Shown piece by piece: positions 45,561 to 59,897 of a stretch of 64,000 bases of DNA; the stretch's first letter is position 1; each line of letters starts with the position of its first letter. A model generated the notes under the pieces. The model saw nothing but the letters and a program-made list of their open reading frames with translations, did not search any database and was not told where the DNA came from. Source of the stretch: an uncultured delta proteobacterium (GTDB lineage: Bacteria; Myxococcota_A; Polyangia; Polyangiales; Polyangiaceae); assembly GCA_963806225.1 (NCBI GenBank), contig CAWDXG010000004.1, positions 2,560,001 to 2,624,000 of the forward strand, written 5' to 3'. Made by a program: the position numbers and the translations under genes.

Positions 45561-45829
45561 GCTCGGCGAGTCTCGCCGAAGCCGGCGCGGGCGTGCAAGC
45601 CCGCGCCGGCTTCGGCGAGACCCGCGCCAGCGCGTCGCGACGAGCACTGCCAGCCGAATGACACGACCGTCAGTCGCGACCGACAGTTCGCCCCCTGCCG
45701 CGGCGCGTCAAGCTGTCGGGAATACTGGGCTATCGGGAGCGATTGTGTGGAAATTCATGCCGATTCATGCATTCCTGGCCTGCGGGCGGATAGCCGCGCG
45801 CTTGCCAAACATCAACGGACGGCGTAGCA

Positions 45830-45849
45830 CACTGACGTCAGCGTCAGTG
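45830..45849. promoter_or_regulatory. Palindromic operator-like site upstream of the activase/dehydratase operon
   Basis: CACTGACG-TCAG-CGTCAGTG, 56 nt upstream of the ATG at 45906. Confidence 0.55.
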
Positions 45850-45905
45850 GATGTCCGGGGGACCACTCCTGGCCTGGAATGCACCGAAAGGGGCGTGAGC
45901 ACGCG

Positions 45906-49550
<3,645 letters not shown>

Positions 49551-49582
49551 CGACGGACAGCGAGAGCACGGAGGGAATGAAG

Positions 49583-51422
<1,840 letters not shown>

Positions 51423-51445
51423 GCCGGGCAGAGCCTGCAGAGCAA

Positions 51446-51473
51446 GGTGGCGGGCGTGAACGCGCCCGCCACC
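51446..51473 (+). terminator. GC-rich hairpin closing the two-gene operon
   Basis: GGTGGCGGGCG paired with CGCCCGCCACC (11-bp stem) about 24 nt after the stop; no U-tract. Confidence 0.5.
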
Positions 51474-51538
51474 GTCATCTCGTGTCGACAAAGCGCGGCC
51501 GCGACAAGCCTGTCGGATCGGCCTATGCTCGGTGGACC

Positions 51539-53011
51539 GTGCTGCGACCCGTCCGCCATCTCGCGCTCCTGCTTGCCCTCGCCGCGGCGAGCGCGTGCGG
51601 CAGCAGCGGCTCGGGCACTGCTGGGCCGGGCGTAGCCGGCAACGCCAACGGGGGAAGCAGTACGGGCGGTGCGGCAGGCTGGAGCTCGTTCGACAGCGGC
51701 CTGGCCGGACAAGGTGGCAGCGGAGCAGGCGGCAGCGCGGGCAGCACGGGCGGCAGCGCGGGCAGCACGGGCGGCAGCGGTGCCAGTGCAGGCAGTGGCG
51801 GCAGCGGCACAGGCGGCAGCAGCACGGGCGGCGTGGACGCCGGGCCCCCACCCGATCCGTGCACCACCGCGGCGCCGTCGTGTCCGGCGGTGCCCTCGAG
51901 CACCAAGAAGGGCAAGGGGCTCATCCCGATCGATCGCTGCGCCTTCCCGCTGGACGAGACGAAGCAGTGGACGTCGCTGTCGCCACTGGTCGACGCGCTC
52001 GAAAAGAAGCTGCCCTCGGCCGGCCTTTCCGGCGTGCTCGGCGATCTGAACCGCAGCGTCGTGGTCACGAGCAGCGTGCCCGGCGGTCCTTCCGGCGTGG
52101 TGTTCGCATTCCACTGGGACTCGTCGGAGAACACCAAGGCGTGGTGGATCCCTCAGGGCATAACGGGCTCGGCCGACGCGAACGCGAGCGGCCTGGTCGA
52201 AGGCCGCCGCGTCGTGGTCGCGAGCTTCTACTACGACGCCGCCAAGGCTCCGGGCAGCAGCGGCGACAAGGGGGTCCGCATCGCGTTCGTGGACGTGACG
52301 AACGAGAGCGCGCCGAAGTACCGTTTCGCGCTTCTGGTGCAGCCGACCGGCACCACGAGCGCACCGGACTTTGCGGCCATCAAGATCCACGCCGGCGGCA
52401 TCGCCTGGGTCGGCAACTACCTGTACGTCGCCGACACCTTCAAGGGCTTCCGCGTGTTCGACACGCGCCGCATCTACCGCGTCGCAACCGGACAGAGCAG
52501 CGTCGGCTGTAGCGGCGGCACGTGCTACGCGGGCCTGTACAAGTACATCCTGCCCGAGGTCGGCTCGTACACGCACAGCTCGAAGTGCTCGCCGCGCTTC
52601 TCGTTCGTCTCGGCCGTGCGCGACCAGAGCGGCACCGGGCTGGTCTCCGGCGAGTACTGCAGCGGCAGCGCGTGCAGCGATCGGCTCGCCGGCAGGCTCC
52701 TGCGCTGGCCGCTCGATCCGGCGACGGGCCTGCCCGCCGCGGCACGCATCTGGCCGTCCGCCGCGTGGTTCGCCGCCGAGACGCAGCTCCAGGGCGCTGC
52801 AGAGAGCGGCCAGAGCATCTACATGTCATCGAGCGAGCCCGCCGCGGGCGCCGGCGCTCTGTTCAAGGACACGACCAGCAGCCACAAGAGCTTCGCCTGG
52901 GTCGACGCGCCCGAGGATCTGATGATCGATCCCGCGAGGAATCGCCTGTGGGGCCTCTCGGAAGCCGCGGGCGCCCGCTACGTGTTTGCCGCGAAGCTGT
53001 CGTCGTACTGA
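51539..53011 (+). CDS. Secreted lipoprotein with Gly/Ser linker and conserved hypothetical domain
   Basis: Lipobox ASAC; WIPQGITGSADA, KGVRIAFVD, HAGGIAWVGNYLYVADT. Confidence 0.78.
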   Translation: MLRPVRHLALLLALAAASACGSSGSGTAGPGVAGNANGGSSTGGAAGWSSFDSGLAGQGGSGAGGSAGSTGGSAGSTGGSGASAGSGGSGTGGSSTGGVDAGPPPDPCTTAAPSCPAVPSSTKKGKGLIPIDRCAFPLDETKQWTSLSPLVDALEKKLPSAGLSGVLGDLNRSVVVTSSVPGGPSGVVFAFHWDSSENTKAWWIPQGITGSADANASGLVEGRRVVVASFYYDAAKAPGSSGDKGVRIAFVDVTNESAPKYRFALLVQPTGTTSAPDFAAIKIHAGGIAWVGNYLYVADTFKGFRVFDTRRIYRVATGQSSVGCSGGTCYAGLYKYILPEVGSYTHSSKCSPRFSFVSAVRDQSGTGLVSGEYCSGSACSDRLAGRLLRWPLDPATGLPAAARIWPSAAWFAAETQLQGAAESGQSIYMSSSEPAAGAGALFKDTTSSHKSFAWVDAPEDLMIDPARNRLWGLSEAAGARYVFAAKLSSY

Positions 53012-53077
53012 CGGGCCGATTCGAACGCCGCCGGGCCGGCGTGTATACTCCGCCCATGAAGAGAACGAGGCGGCGCC

Positions 53078-53461
53078 ATGTACGGTGAAATGGAGTCGTG
53101 CGGAGTGTGCGGCGGCGACGGCTACATCACGAATGCGCTGGGGGGCAGCAGCAAGCGCTGTCCGGCCTGCGGCGGGACGGGACGGCGCAACGAGGAGCCG
53201 CTGATCCGCGACGTGACCAAGACCAAGCCGTCGCACTACCAGCCGACGAACAAGAAAGTGAAACCGGAGAAGCAGACCTGGCCCTCGACGCACCAGGGCG
53301 ACGTGCTCGCCAAGGAAGTGAAGGCCGCCAGCTGTGACGACCAGATGAAGGAGCGGCTGGTCCGCGAGATCATCGACTATGAAGGCACGCACGGCACCTG
53401 CACGCAGACCTTCACCAAGAAGCTCCGCAAACAGCTGCGCGCGTACGCGCCAGCGAAATAG
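53078..53461 (+). CDS. Small protein with DnaJ-type CxxCxGxG zinc motifs
   Basis: CGVCGGDG and CPACGGTG; no J-domain HPD motif. Confidence 0.75.
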   Translation: MYGEMESCGVCGGDGYITNALGGSSKRCPACGGTGRRNEEPLIRDVTKTKPSHYQPTNKKVKPEKQTWPSTHQGDVLAKEVKAASCDDQMKERLVREIIDYEGTHGTCTQTFTKKLRKQLRAYAPAK

Positions 53462-53470
53462 GACGGACGG

Positions 53471-53919
53471 ATGGCCCGGCATCGCGTTGTGCAGTGGCTG
53501 ACCGCACTGGCGCTGGCCGGAGCTGCATTCGCGTCCTTGCCCGCGTGCAGATCGCGTACACCGAAGACCCGAGCGTGACCGACACCTCCACCCTCACGGT
53601 CACCGCCCAGCCGCCCTGCCCGAGCAACTACCCCACTGCGGATGGCACCGCGTGCAGCGAGGCGGGACGCACCTGCGAGACCGGCGACTGCACGAACAAG
53701 ACGTGTCTCTTCTCGTACGCAGAAGCGGGCTCCGCGCCGCCCACCTGCAGCGAGCTGCTCTGCCAGTCCGGCACGTGGCGCTACGTGAAGTTCTGGCTGG
53801 ATCCAGTCTGCGTTGACCCCGACGCCGGCGACGGCGGCAGCGCGGACGCCGGCAGCGACGCGGCGGACGCCAGCAACGGCGACGCCACCGCTTCGGACAG
53901 CGGCCAGGACGGCTCCTGA
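53471..53919 (+). CDS. Cys-rich lipoprotein, frameshifted (-1 or +2) just after the lipobox
   Basis: MARHRVVQWLTALALAGAAFASLPAC in one frame; CPSNYPTADGTAC and DAG-rich tail in another. Confidence 0.6.
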
Positions 53920-54175
53920 CGCGGCGAAATCAAGCGAGCGAGCGCGCGACCCCGATCGCGCACAGGACCGCAACCACGACGAGCGCGATGACCGTCCGGC
54001 GCAGCGCGGCAGCGCGGCAGCGCGCTGCTCGCTGCGCAGCACTCCCTCGAGCTCGTAGGCCTGGCCCGCGGCGCGCTGCCACGCTCCCCTCAGATCGGAG
54101 GAGAGCAGGTTGGCGGCGTTGCAGAACAGGCAGCGCGCAGCCGGACCCGAGATGGCAAGGGGGGCACCCTCCGCG
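53916..54175 (-). pseudogene. Degraded fragment of a Zn-ribbon membrane protein
   Basis: GAPLAISGPAARCLFCNAANLL without the first CxxC or a start codon. Confidence 0.3.
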
Positions 54176-54218
54176 GGCCGGCTCGCGCCAGGCCGAATAG
54201 CTGGAGGCAACCCGGAGC

Positions 54219-54539
54219 TCAGCGAGGCGAGACCACGGAAACGCCCCGCTCGAACTCTTCCGGCGGCTCGCCCGGCGGGACCGCCTCCGGGTCGGGATGC
54301 CGGGCGTCGATTTGCGGACAGAGATAGCCGGTCACGACGAGATTGCCGGTGTCATCGAGACCCAGCATCGCGTCGCAAGGCGTGCCCGTGTTCGGGTCGG
54401 GCTCTGCACCCGTATTGACTGGTATGGCCGCACCGCTCACCGCGGTGTTGCTGTCGCCGGCGTCGGGGGCAACATCGAGCGCACACGCAGTGACTGCGCA
54501 ACCGACGACGACGGCTGCCATGAGATTCCTTGCGTCCAT
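54219..54539 (-). CDS. Small hypothetical lipoprotein
   Basis: Lipobox VTAC; GGAGG RBS. Confidence 0.6.
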   Translation of the reverse strand: MDARNLMAAVVVGCAVTACALDVAPDAGDSNTAVSGAAIPVNTGAEPDPNTGTPCDAMLGLDDTGNLVVTGYLCPQIDARHPDPEAVPPGEPPEEFERGVSVVSPR

Positions 54540-54763
54540 GTTCTTGCCTCCGCGGTGGAAGGGTGCATCAGCCGTGCCGCACACCATGACGTCCGCACGT
54601 CGGTGTCAGGCCCGCCCTGTGGTGGGAAAAGCGCTTCACGTCGCCCTGACGCGATGCAACGCGCGGCGGCGGACGTTGCAGGTTGCGAAAATTCCCGGAG
54701 CGCTTCGAATACCGCCCGGGTTCGAAGTGGATATCCGCACCGAAAGCTGGTTACGTTCCAGGA

Positions 54764-55549
54764 ATGACGGAATCGGTACTGAAGGTGGAGCGCGACGAAG
54801 GTGTCGCGCTGGTGACGCTGAACCGGCCGAAGGCGATGAACGCGCTGTCGCGCGAGCTCAGGGGCGAGCTCGCGAGCACGTTCGGGGAACTGCACAACGA
54901 TGACTCGATCCGCGTGGTGATCCTGACCGGAGCGGGCAAGGCATTCTGCGCGGGGCTCGACCTCAAGGAGCTCGCGGGGAGCGAGGCGGAGGCCGGACAG
55001 CTCGCGGGCGACGACGGGATCCGCGTCGTCACCGCCATGCGCAAGCTCGACAAGCCGATCATCGGCGCCATCAACGGCTTCGCGATCACGGGCGGGTTCG
55101 AGCTGGCGCTGGCATGCGACGTGCTTGTCTGTTCGAGCGACGCGAAGTTCGCCGACACGCACGCGCGCATCGGCATCATGCCGGGCTGGGGGCTGAGCCA
55201 GATCCTGTGCCGGGTGATCGGGCCGTACCGCGCGCGGGAGCTGTCGCTCACCGGCAACTTCCTCGACGCGGAAACGGCCGACCGCTGGGGCCTCGTCAAC
55301 CGCGTGGTGGCGCCCGAGGTGCTGATCCACACCTGCTTGGACCTGGCGCGCGACATGCTGTCGTGCGACCCCGTGCTGCAGCGCGAGTACAAGCGCAACA
55401 TCGACCAGGGCTGGGAGATGACCTACGCCGACGGCCGCCGCCTCGAATCCGCCCGCTTCCGCGCCCACGTGCAGACGCTGACCGCCAACGCCATCGCCGA
55501 GCGACGCGCTGAGGTGACGGAACGGGGGAGAGACCAGGGCGGGGGGTAG
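54764..55549 (+). CDS. Enoyl-CoA hydratase/isomerase family protein
   Basis: TLNRPKAMNAL, AFCAGLDL, AITGGFELALACD, FADTHARIGIMPGWG. Confidence 0.93.
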   Translation: MTESVLKVERDEGVALVTLNRPKAMNALSRELRGELASTFGELHNDDSIRVVILTGAGKAFCAGLDLKELAGSEAEAGQLAGDDGIRVVTAMRKLDKPIIGAINGFAITGGFELALACDVLVCSSDAKFADTHARIGIMPGWGLSQILCRVIGPYRARELSLTGNFLDAETADRWGLVNRVVAPEVLIHTCLDLARDMLSCDPVLQREYKRNIDQGWEMTYADGRRLESARFRAHVQTLTANAIAERRAEVTERGRDQGGG

Positions 55550-55562
55550 GCGAAGCGCTGGC

Positions 55563-55928
55563 TCAGTTCCGCGTTTCCGAAAGCGCGTGCGGCGGAGCGC
55601 CCGGCCGCGACGCCAGAGCCCGCGTGGTCATGCCCGCGGCGAGCACGACGGATGCGGCGACGGCGAGCGCGAGCGGCCGCTCCCACCACGACCACGTCCG
55701 GTCGTCGAGGCCGAGCTCGCGGGCGACGGCGCGGCGCAGGCGCTCGCGCGTGGTACCCGACACGGGCGGAGCGTCCTCGCTCGTTTCCACAGCGCGCTTC
55801 AGCTCGACGTAGGCCCGCACGCAGCCGGCGCATTCGCACAGATGCGCTTCCACGCCGCAGCGCGCGTCATCATCGAGCGCGTTGAAGTGATAGGCGACGA
55901 GCTCGTGCTCGACTTCAGCACACATCAT
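55563..55928 (-). CDS. Zinc-binding anti-sigma factor (zf-HC2) with one TM
   Basis: HLCECAGC (HxxxCxxC), C-terminal TM; 4-nt overlap with the sigma gene. Confidence 0.85.
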   Translation of the reverse strand: MMCAEVEHELVAYHFNALDDDARCGVEAHLCECAGCVRAYVELKRAVETSEDAPPVSGTTRERLRRAVARELGLDDRTWSWWERPLALAVAASVVLAAGMTTRALASRPGAPPHALSETRN

Positions 55929-56455
55929 TGTCCGACCTCGTGTCTCAAGCGTTTGACCATCTCGTGCACGCGCCACTTCACCGTTCCAACCGGGACCTCC
56001 AGAACCTGGGCGACCTCGTCGTAGGACATGCCCGAGCCGCGCAATCGGTACACCTCTGCGAGCTCCGCAGGCAGCCGGGCGACGGCTCGTTCGAGCGACG
56101 CGGCACGTTCGCGCTCTTCGATCTGCTCCTCGGCGTCGGGCGGCGCGACTGCCGCGATCGACTTCACGGCTTCCAGCGCGCGGCCCGCGCGCTTCTTTGA
56201 ACGAGCCTGGTTCAGACACAGGTTGCGCGCGATCGCGAACAGCCAGGCGCGGAAGCTCCGCACCCGCTCTGGCGCCCGGCGCTGGCGCAGCACCGTCATG
56301 AACGTCTCGTGAAGCAGATCCTCGGCCTCGACCCGGTCGCGAGTGTACGCATGGATGAAACCGGACAGCGGACGCTCGAAGCGCTCGTACAGCCGGTCGA
56401 AGGCGCCTAGATCGCCCGCGACGAGCTGTTCGAACAGTGCCTCGTCCGAGTCCAT
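55925..56455 (-). CDS. ECF RNA polymerase sigma factor
   Basis: AFDRLYERF, AEDLLHETF, FRAWLFAIARN, GMSYDEVAQVLEVPVGTVKWR. Confidence 0.93.
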   Translation of the reverse strand: MDSDEALFEQLVAGDLGAFDRLYERFERPLSGFIHAYTRDRVEAEDLLHETFMTVLRQRRAPERVRSFRAWLFAIARNLCLNQARSKKRAGRALEAVKSIAAVAPPDAEEQIEERERAASLERAVARLPAELAEVYRLRGSGMSYDEVAQVLEVPVGTVKWRVHEMVKRLRHEVGQ

Positions 56456-56457
56456 GG

Positions 56458-56814
56458 TCAGGCGGCGGCAGACGCCTTGCCGCTGCGCAGCGCGCCCACG
56501 GCGAAGATCAGGCTGGCCAGCACGACGAGGATGAGCGAAAGCACGATGTTGTGCAGCGATTCCTCGACGCCGAGCGCGAGGACGCCAAGCTGCCTGCCAG
56601 GGTCGACCTGGAAGATGTAGCGAGCCGAGAGACCGACTCCCAGCGCGGTACCGAGCAGCCCCAGCATGAAGGTCGTGATGCCGAGCGTTATCGCCAACCG
56701 CTGGTAGCGAGCTCGGGGGCGCAGCACGTACAGCACGCACACCGCCACCATCAGGAACCCGAAGACGGAGATGGGATACATCCCGAACCCGCCCGCCGCG
56801 AAGAAATCCTTCAT
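56458..56814 (-). CDS. Small membrane protein (MotA/ExbB-like helices)
   Basis: AGGFGMYPI, LGLLGTALG, three TM segments; GAGAGGAGG RBS. Confidence 0.7.
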   Translation of the reverse strand: MKDFFAAGGFGMYPISVFGFLMVAVCVLYVLRPRARYQRLAITLGITTFMLGLLGTALGVGLSARYIFQVDPGRQLGVLALGVEESLHNIVLSLILVVLASLIFAVGALRSGKASAAA

Positions 56815-56921
56815 CCTGCCTCCTCTCATTGAAAGAAACCGCTGGCCGAAAAAGGTTGGAAGATTCCTGCAAAGAGCTGCCTCTTCTCGGCTGGCGCGCC
56901 GCGCGCTAGGCTCAGCTTCCC

Positions 56922-57383
56922 ATGAGCGCCCCCCAGCGTTGTGCCAACTGCGGAGCCATGATGACGCCGGGGTGGACCGGACGGGTGTATGCGTGTCCGT
57001 TCTGCGGGACGCAGGTGCAGGTCGCCATCGGGGCGGACCAGATCGCCGCGGGCATGGCGCTGGATCTGGCCAACATGGAGCAGTTTTTGGCGCAGCTGGC
57101 CAACACGCTGGCCGCGGGCTTTGCCGAGCACACGCGCATCGAGGCCAACGGGCGGGTGGTGATTTCGATCGAGATCGACCTGGAGCCGGACGTGTTCATC
57201 GCGAAGCGCGACGGGCCGCAGGTGCTCGCACAACACAAGCGGGTGGTGCGCGGCATCTCGCTGAAGACGGCGACGCTGCCGCTCGACCAGTGGGTGGGGA
57301 TGCTGACGCAGAGCCTGGCCCACCACGCCAACCAGAACGCGCGGGCAGCCTGGGTGCTGTCGCAGATCGGAGGGCCGCGATGA
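56922..57383 (+). CDS. Zn-ribbon protein with uncharacterised C-terminal domain
   Basis: CANC and CPFC; C-terminal HKRVVRGISLKTATLPLDQW; ATGA overlap with the next gene. Confidence 0.8.
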   Translation: MSAPQRCANCGAMMTPGWTGRVYACPFCGTQVQVAIGADQIAAGMALDLANMEQFLAQLANTLAAGFAEHTRIEANGRVVISIEIDLEPDVFIAKRDGPQVLAQHKRVVRGISLKTATLPLDQWVGMLTQSLAHHANQNARAAWVLSQIGGPR

Positions 57384-58267
57384 CGCACCAGTTCCTGCCG
57401 GATCGGCCAATCGACGAGAACCTGAGCCGGCAGCAGGTCGAGGCCGGCGGACTGCCGCTGCGCGCCCAGCGCCGCCTCACCGAGGAGCGCGCGCAGGGCA
57501 GCGCGCTGTTCACCAGCACGCTCAGCCCCGCCGAGACGGTCGTTGCCGCGCAGGCCGGCTTCGCGCCGGTGAGCCAGGTGATGGGCTCGAGCATGTACCA
57601 CGTGGGGTTCCAGAGCACCTTCTGGGGATACCAGGGCGGCGAGCTCACCGCGCTCACCCAGGCCTACGAGCACGCGCGCTCGCGCGCCCTCGGCCGCATG
57701 CGCGCCGAGGCGCAGATGCTCGGCGCGCACGCAGTGGTCGATACGCGCTTCGAGGGGCGCGGCTACGACTGGGCGGACGACATGGTGGAGATCACCGCGA
57801 TCGGCACCGCGGTGCGCATCCGCGACCAGCCTCCGCCGCGGGAGCCGGCGCTGACGCTGCTGAAGATGGACGAGCTGGCGAAGCTGCACCACGCGGGCTA
57901 CGCGCCGATCGCGATCGCCATGGGCAACTGCTTCTGGTTCGAGCCCCACGCGGACTGCATGCAGGAAGGTTCATTCTTCTCCAGCGAGCTACCGACCCAC
58001 ACCCGGGCGAGCCTGCAGGCCCGACACCTGGCGGTGGAGCGCTTCCGCCATTTCGCGAAGCACTTCAACGCCGACGGCGTGGTGGGCGTGCGCGTCCACC
58101 GCAAGAGCAAAGAGCACGAGCACTCGGGCCACATACGCTTCCACACGGAGGTGATGTTGATGGGCACCGCGGTCGTCCGTCGCGGCGATGCTGCCCCCCC
58201 ACCCCGACCGCGCCTGGTCGTGGACGTGGCCGACCGCCCGCGCAAGCACGGCAGTCACACCTTCTAG
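57380..58267 (+). CDS. Double YbjQ/UPF0145 (heavy-metal-binding-like) domain protein, paralog 1
   Basis: FTSTLS, VMGSSMYHVG, ARSRALGRMRAEAQMLGAHAVV, AIGTAV; second domain ends ADGVVGV and LMGTAV. Confidence 0.85.
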   Translation: MTHQFLPDRPIDENLSRQQVEAGGLPLRAQRRLTEERAQGSALFTSTLSPAETVVAAQAGFAPVSQVMGSSMYHVGFQSTFWGYQGGELTALTQAYEHARSRALGRMRAEAQMLGAHAVVDTRFEGRGYDWADDMVEITAIGTAVRIRDQPPPREPALTLLKMDELAKLHHAGYAPIAIAMGNCFWFEPHADCMQEGSFFSSELPTHTRASLQARHLAVERFRHFAKHFNADGVVGVRVHRKSKEHEHSGHIRFHTEVMLMGTAVVRRGDAAPPPRPRLVVDVADRPRKHGSHTF

Positions 58268-58302
58268 GCGCGCTTCAAGACCCAGCGGAAAGTGATGCTT
58301 CG

Positions 58303-59130
58303 ATGACCCAGAACCCGAACCCACAGCAGCGCCAGGCCCTCCCGCAGCACGCCATGGAGCGCATCGGCGCCATGCGAGGCGCCCAGGGGCAGCGCTTCTT
58401 CACCAGCGACCTGACGGTGAAGGAGTTCCTCCTGGTGCGCGAGAGCGGCTTCGAAGCCGCCGGGCTCGTGATGGGCTCGAGCATCTATCACGTGGGCTAC
58501 TCCAGCTCGAGCTACAACCAGAACCAGGAGCTCACGATACTCACACAGGCGATGTACTCCGCGCGCGAGCTGGCGATGGCGCGCATGGAGGAAGAGGCCA
58601 ACGCGCTTGGCGCCGACGGCGTGATCGGCGTGCGGCTCAAGGTCAACCGCCACGCCTGGGGCGAGAGCCTGGTGGAGTTCGTGGCCATCGGCACGGCCAT
58701 CTACGCGCGCGACGGCTCGAGCTGGCGCGCGCCGAACGGCATGCCCTTCACTAGCGATCTGTCGGGGCAGGACTTCTGGATGCTGCTCAAGAGCGGCTAC
58801 CGGCCGGTGTCGCTGGTGATGGGCAACTGCGTCTACCACGTGGCGCACCAGACGCTGGGTGGCTGGTTCAAGCGTATCGGACAGAACGTCGAGATGACGG
58901 AATTCACGCAGGGCCTGTACGACGCGCGCGAGCTGGCGATGGAGCGCATGCAGTACGAGGCGCAGGTCGACCGGGCGACGGGCGTGGTCGGGGCGGAGGT
59001 CTACGAGTGGAGCCACGGCAGCTGGGACTCGCATGTGCTGGAGTTCTTCGCCCTGGGCACGGCTGTCCTGCCCATCAACATGGCCGAGCCGCCGCCGACT
59101 CCCGAGCTGGTGATGAGCGTGGACTCGTGA
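58303..59130 (+). CDS. Double YbjQ/UPF0145 domain protein, paralog 2
   Basis: Two FTSDL to ARELAMxRM to GTA(I/V) repeats; LGADGVIGVRL. Confidence 0.88.
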   Translation: MTQNPNPQQRQALPQHAMERIGAMRGAQGQRFFTSDLTVKEFLLVRESGFEAAGLVMGSSIYHVGYSSSSYNQNQELTILTQAMYSARELAMARMEEEANALGADGVIGVRLKVNRHAWGESLVEFVAIGTAIYARDGSSWRAPNGMPFTSDLSGQDFWMLLKSGYRPVSLVMGNCVYHVAHQTLGGWFKRIGQNVEMTEFTQGLYDARELAMERMQYEAQVDRATGVVGAEVYEWSHGSWDSHVLEFFALGTAVLPINMAEPPPTPELVMSVDS

Positions 59131-59137
59131 GGGCGGC

Positions 59138-59872
59138 ATGAGCTTCACCAGCGATCTCTCCATCGACGAGCTGCTGCTGATCGAGGAGGTCGGCTTCGAA
59201 CCCATCGAGCTGTGCATGGGCTCGAGCTACTTCCATATCGGTTGGCAGCGCTCGGCGTGGAGCCAGAACATGGAGCTCGGCAATATCTCGCAGCTCATGC
59301 TCTCGGCGCGGCTGTACGCGATCGGGCGCATGGTCCAGCAGGCCGAGACGTTTGGCGCCGACGGCATCGTCTCGATGCAGGTCGACATGGTGCGGCACGG
59401 TCACCACGCCGAGTTCACGGCGATCGGCACCGCCGTGCGGCGCCGCGACGGGCAGGGCGCGGCGTGGCGCGTCGGGGGCCACCCGTTCACCTGCGATCTG
59501 TCCGGCGAGGACTTCTGGGGACTGGTGCGAGGCGGCTTCCGTCCGATAAACCTCGCCCACGGCGTGTGCGTGTACCACGTCGCGCACCAGGGCCTCGGCG
59601 CGTGGTTCAAGCAGATCGGCCAGAACGTCGAACAACAGCAGTACACGCAGGCCCTCTACGACGCGCGCGAGCTCGCGATGGAGCGCATGCAGGGCGAGGC
59701 TGCGCGCCTCGGTGCGCATGGCGTCGTGGGCGTGGAGGTGCGCGAGGGCAGCCACGGCTGGGAGTCGCATGTCGTCGAGTACGTCGCGGTCGGGACCGGC
59801 GTCGCGCCGATCGTCGACCCGACGCACGAGGTGCACGAACCACCGAAGCTCGTGATGTTCGCGCAGGATTGA
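59138..59872 (+). CDS. Double YbjQ/UPF0145 domain protein, paralog 3
   Basis: MSFTSDLS, FGADGIV, AIGTAV; FTCDLSG, ARELAMERM, LGAHGVVGV. Confidence 0.88.
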   Translation: MSFTSDLSIDELLLIEEVGFEPIELCMGSSYFHIGWQRSAWSQNMELGNISQLMLSARLYAIGRMVQQAETFGADGIVSMQVDMVRHGHHAEFTAIGTAVRRRDGQGAAWRVGGHPFTCDLSGEDFWGLVRGGFRPINLAHGVCVYHVAHQGLGAWFKQIGQNVEQQQYTQALYDARELAMERMQGEAARLGAHGVVGVEVREGSHGWESHVVEYVAVGTGVAPIVDPTHEVHEPPKLVMFAQD

Positions 59873-59897
59873 GCGGTTGTCCGCGGCTGGCCCGGCA

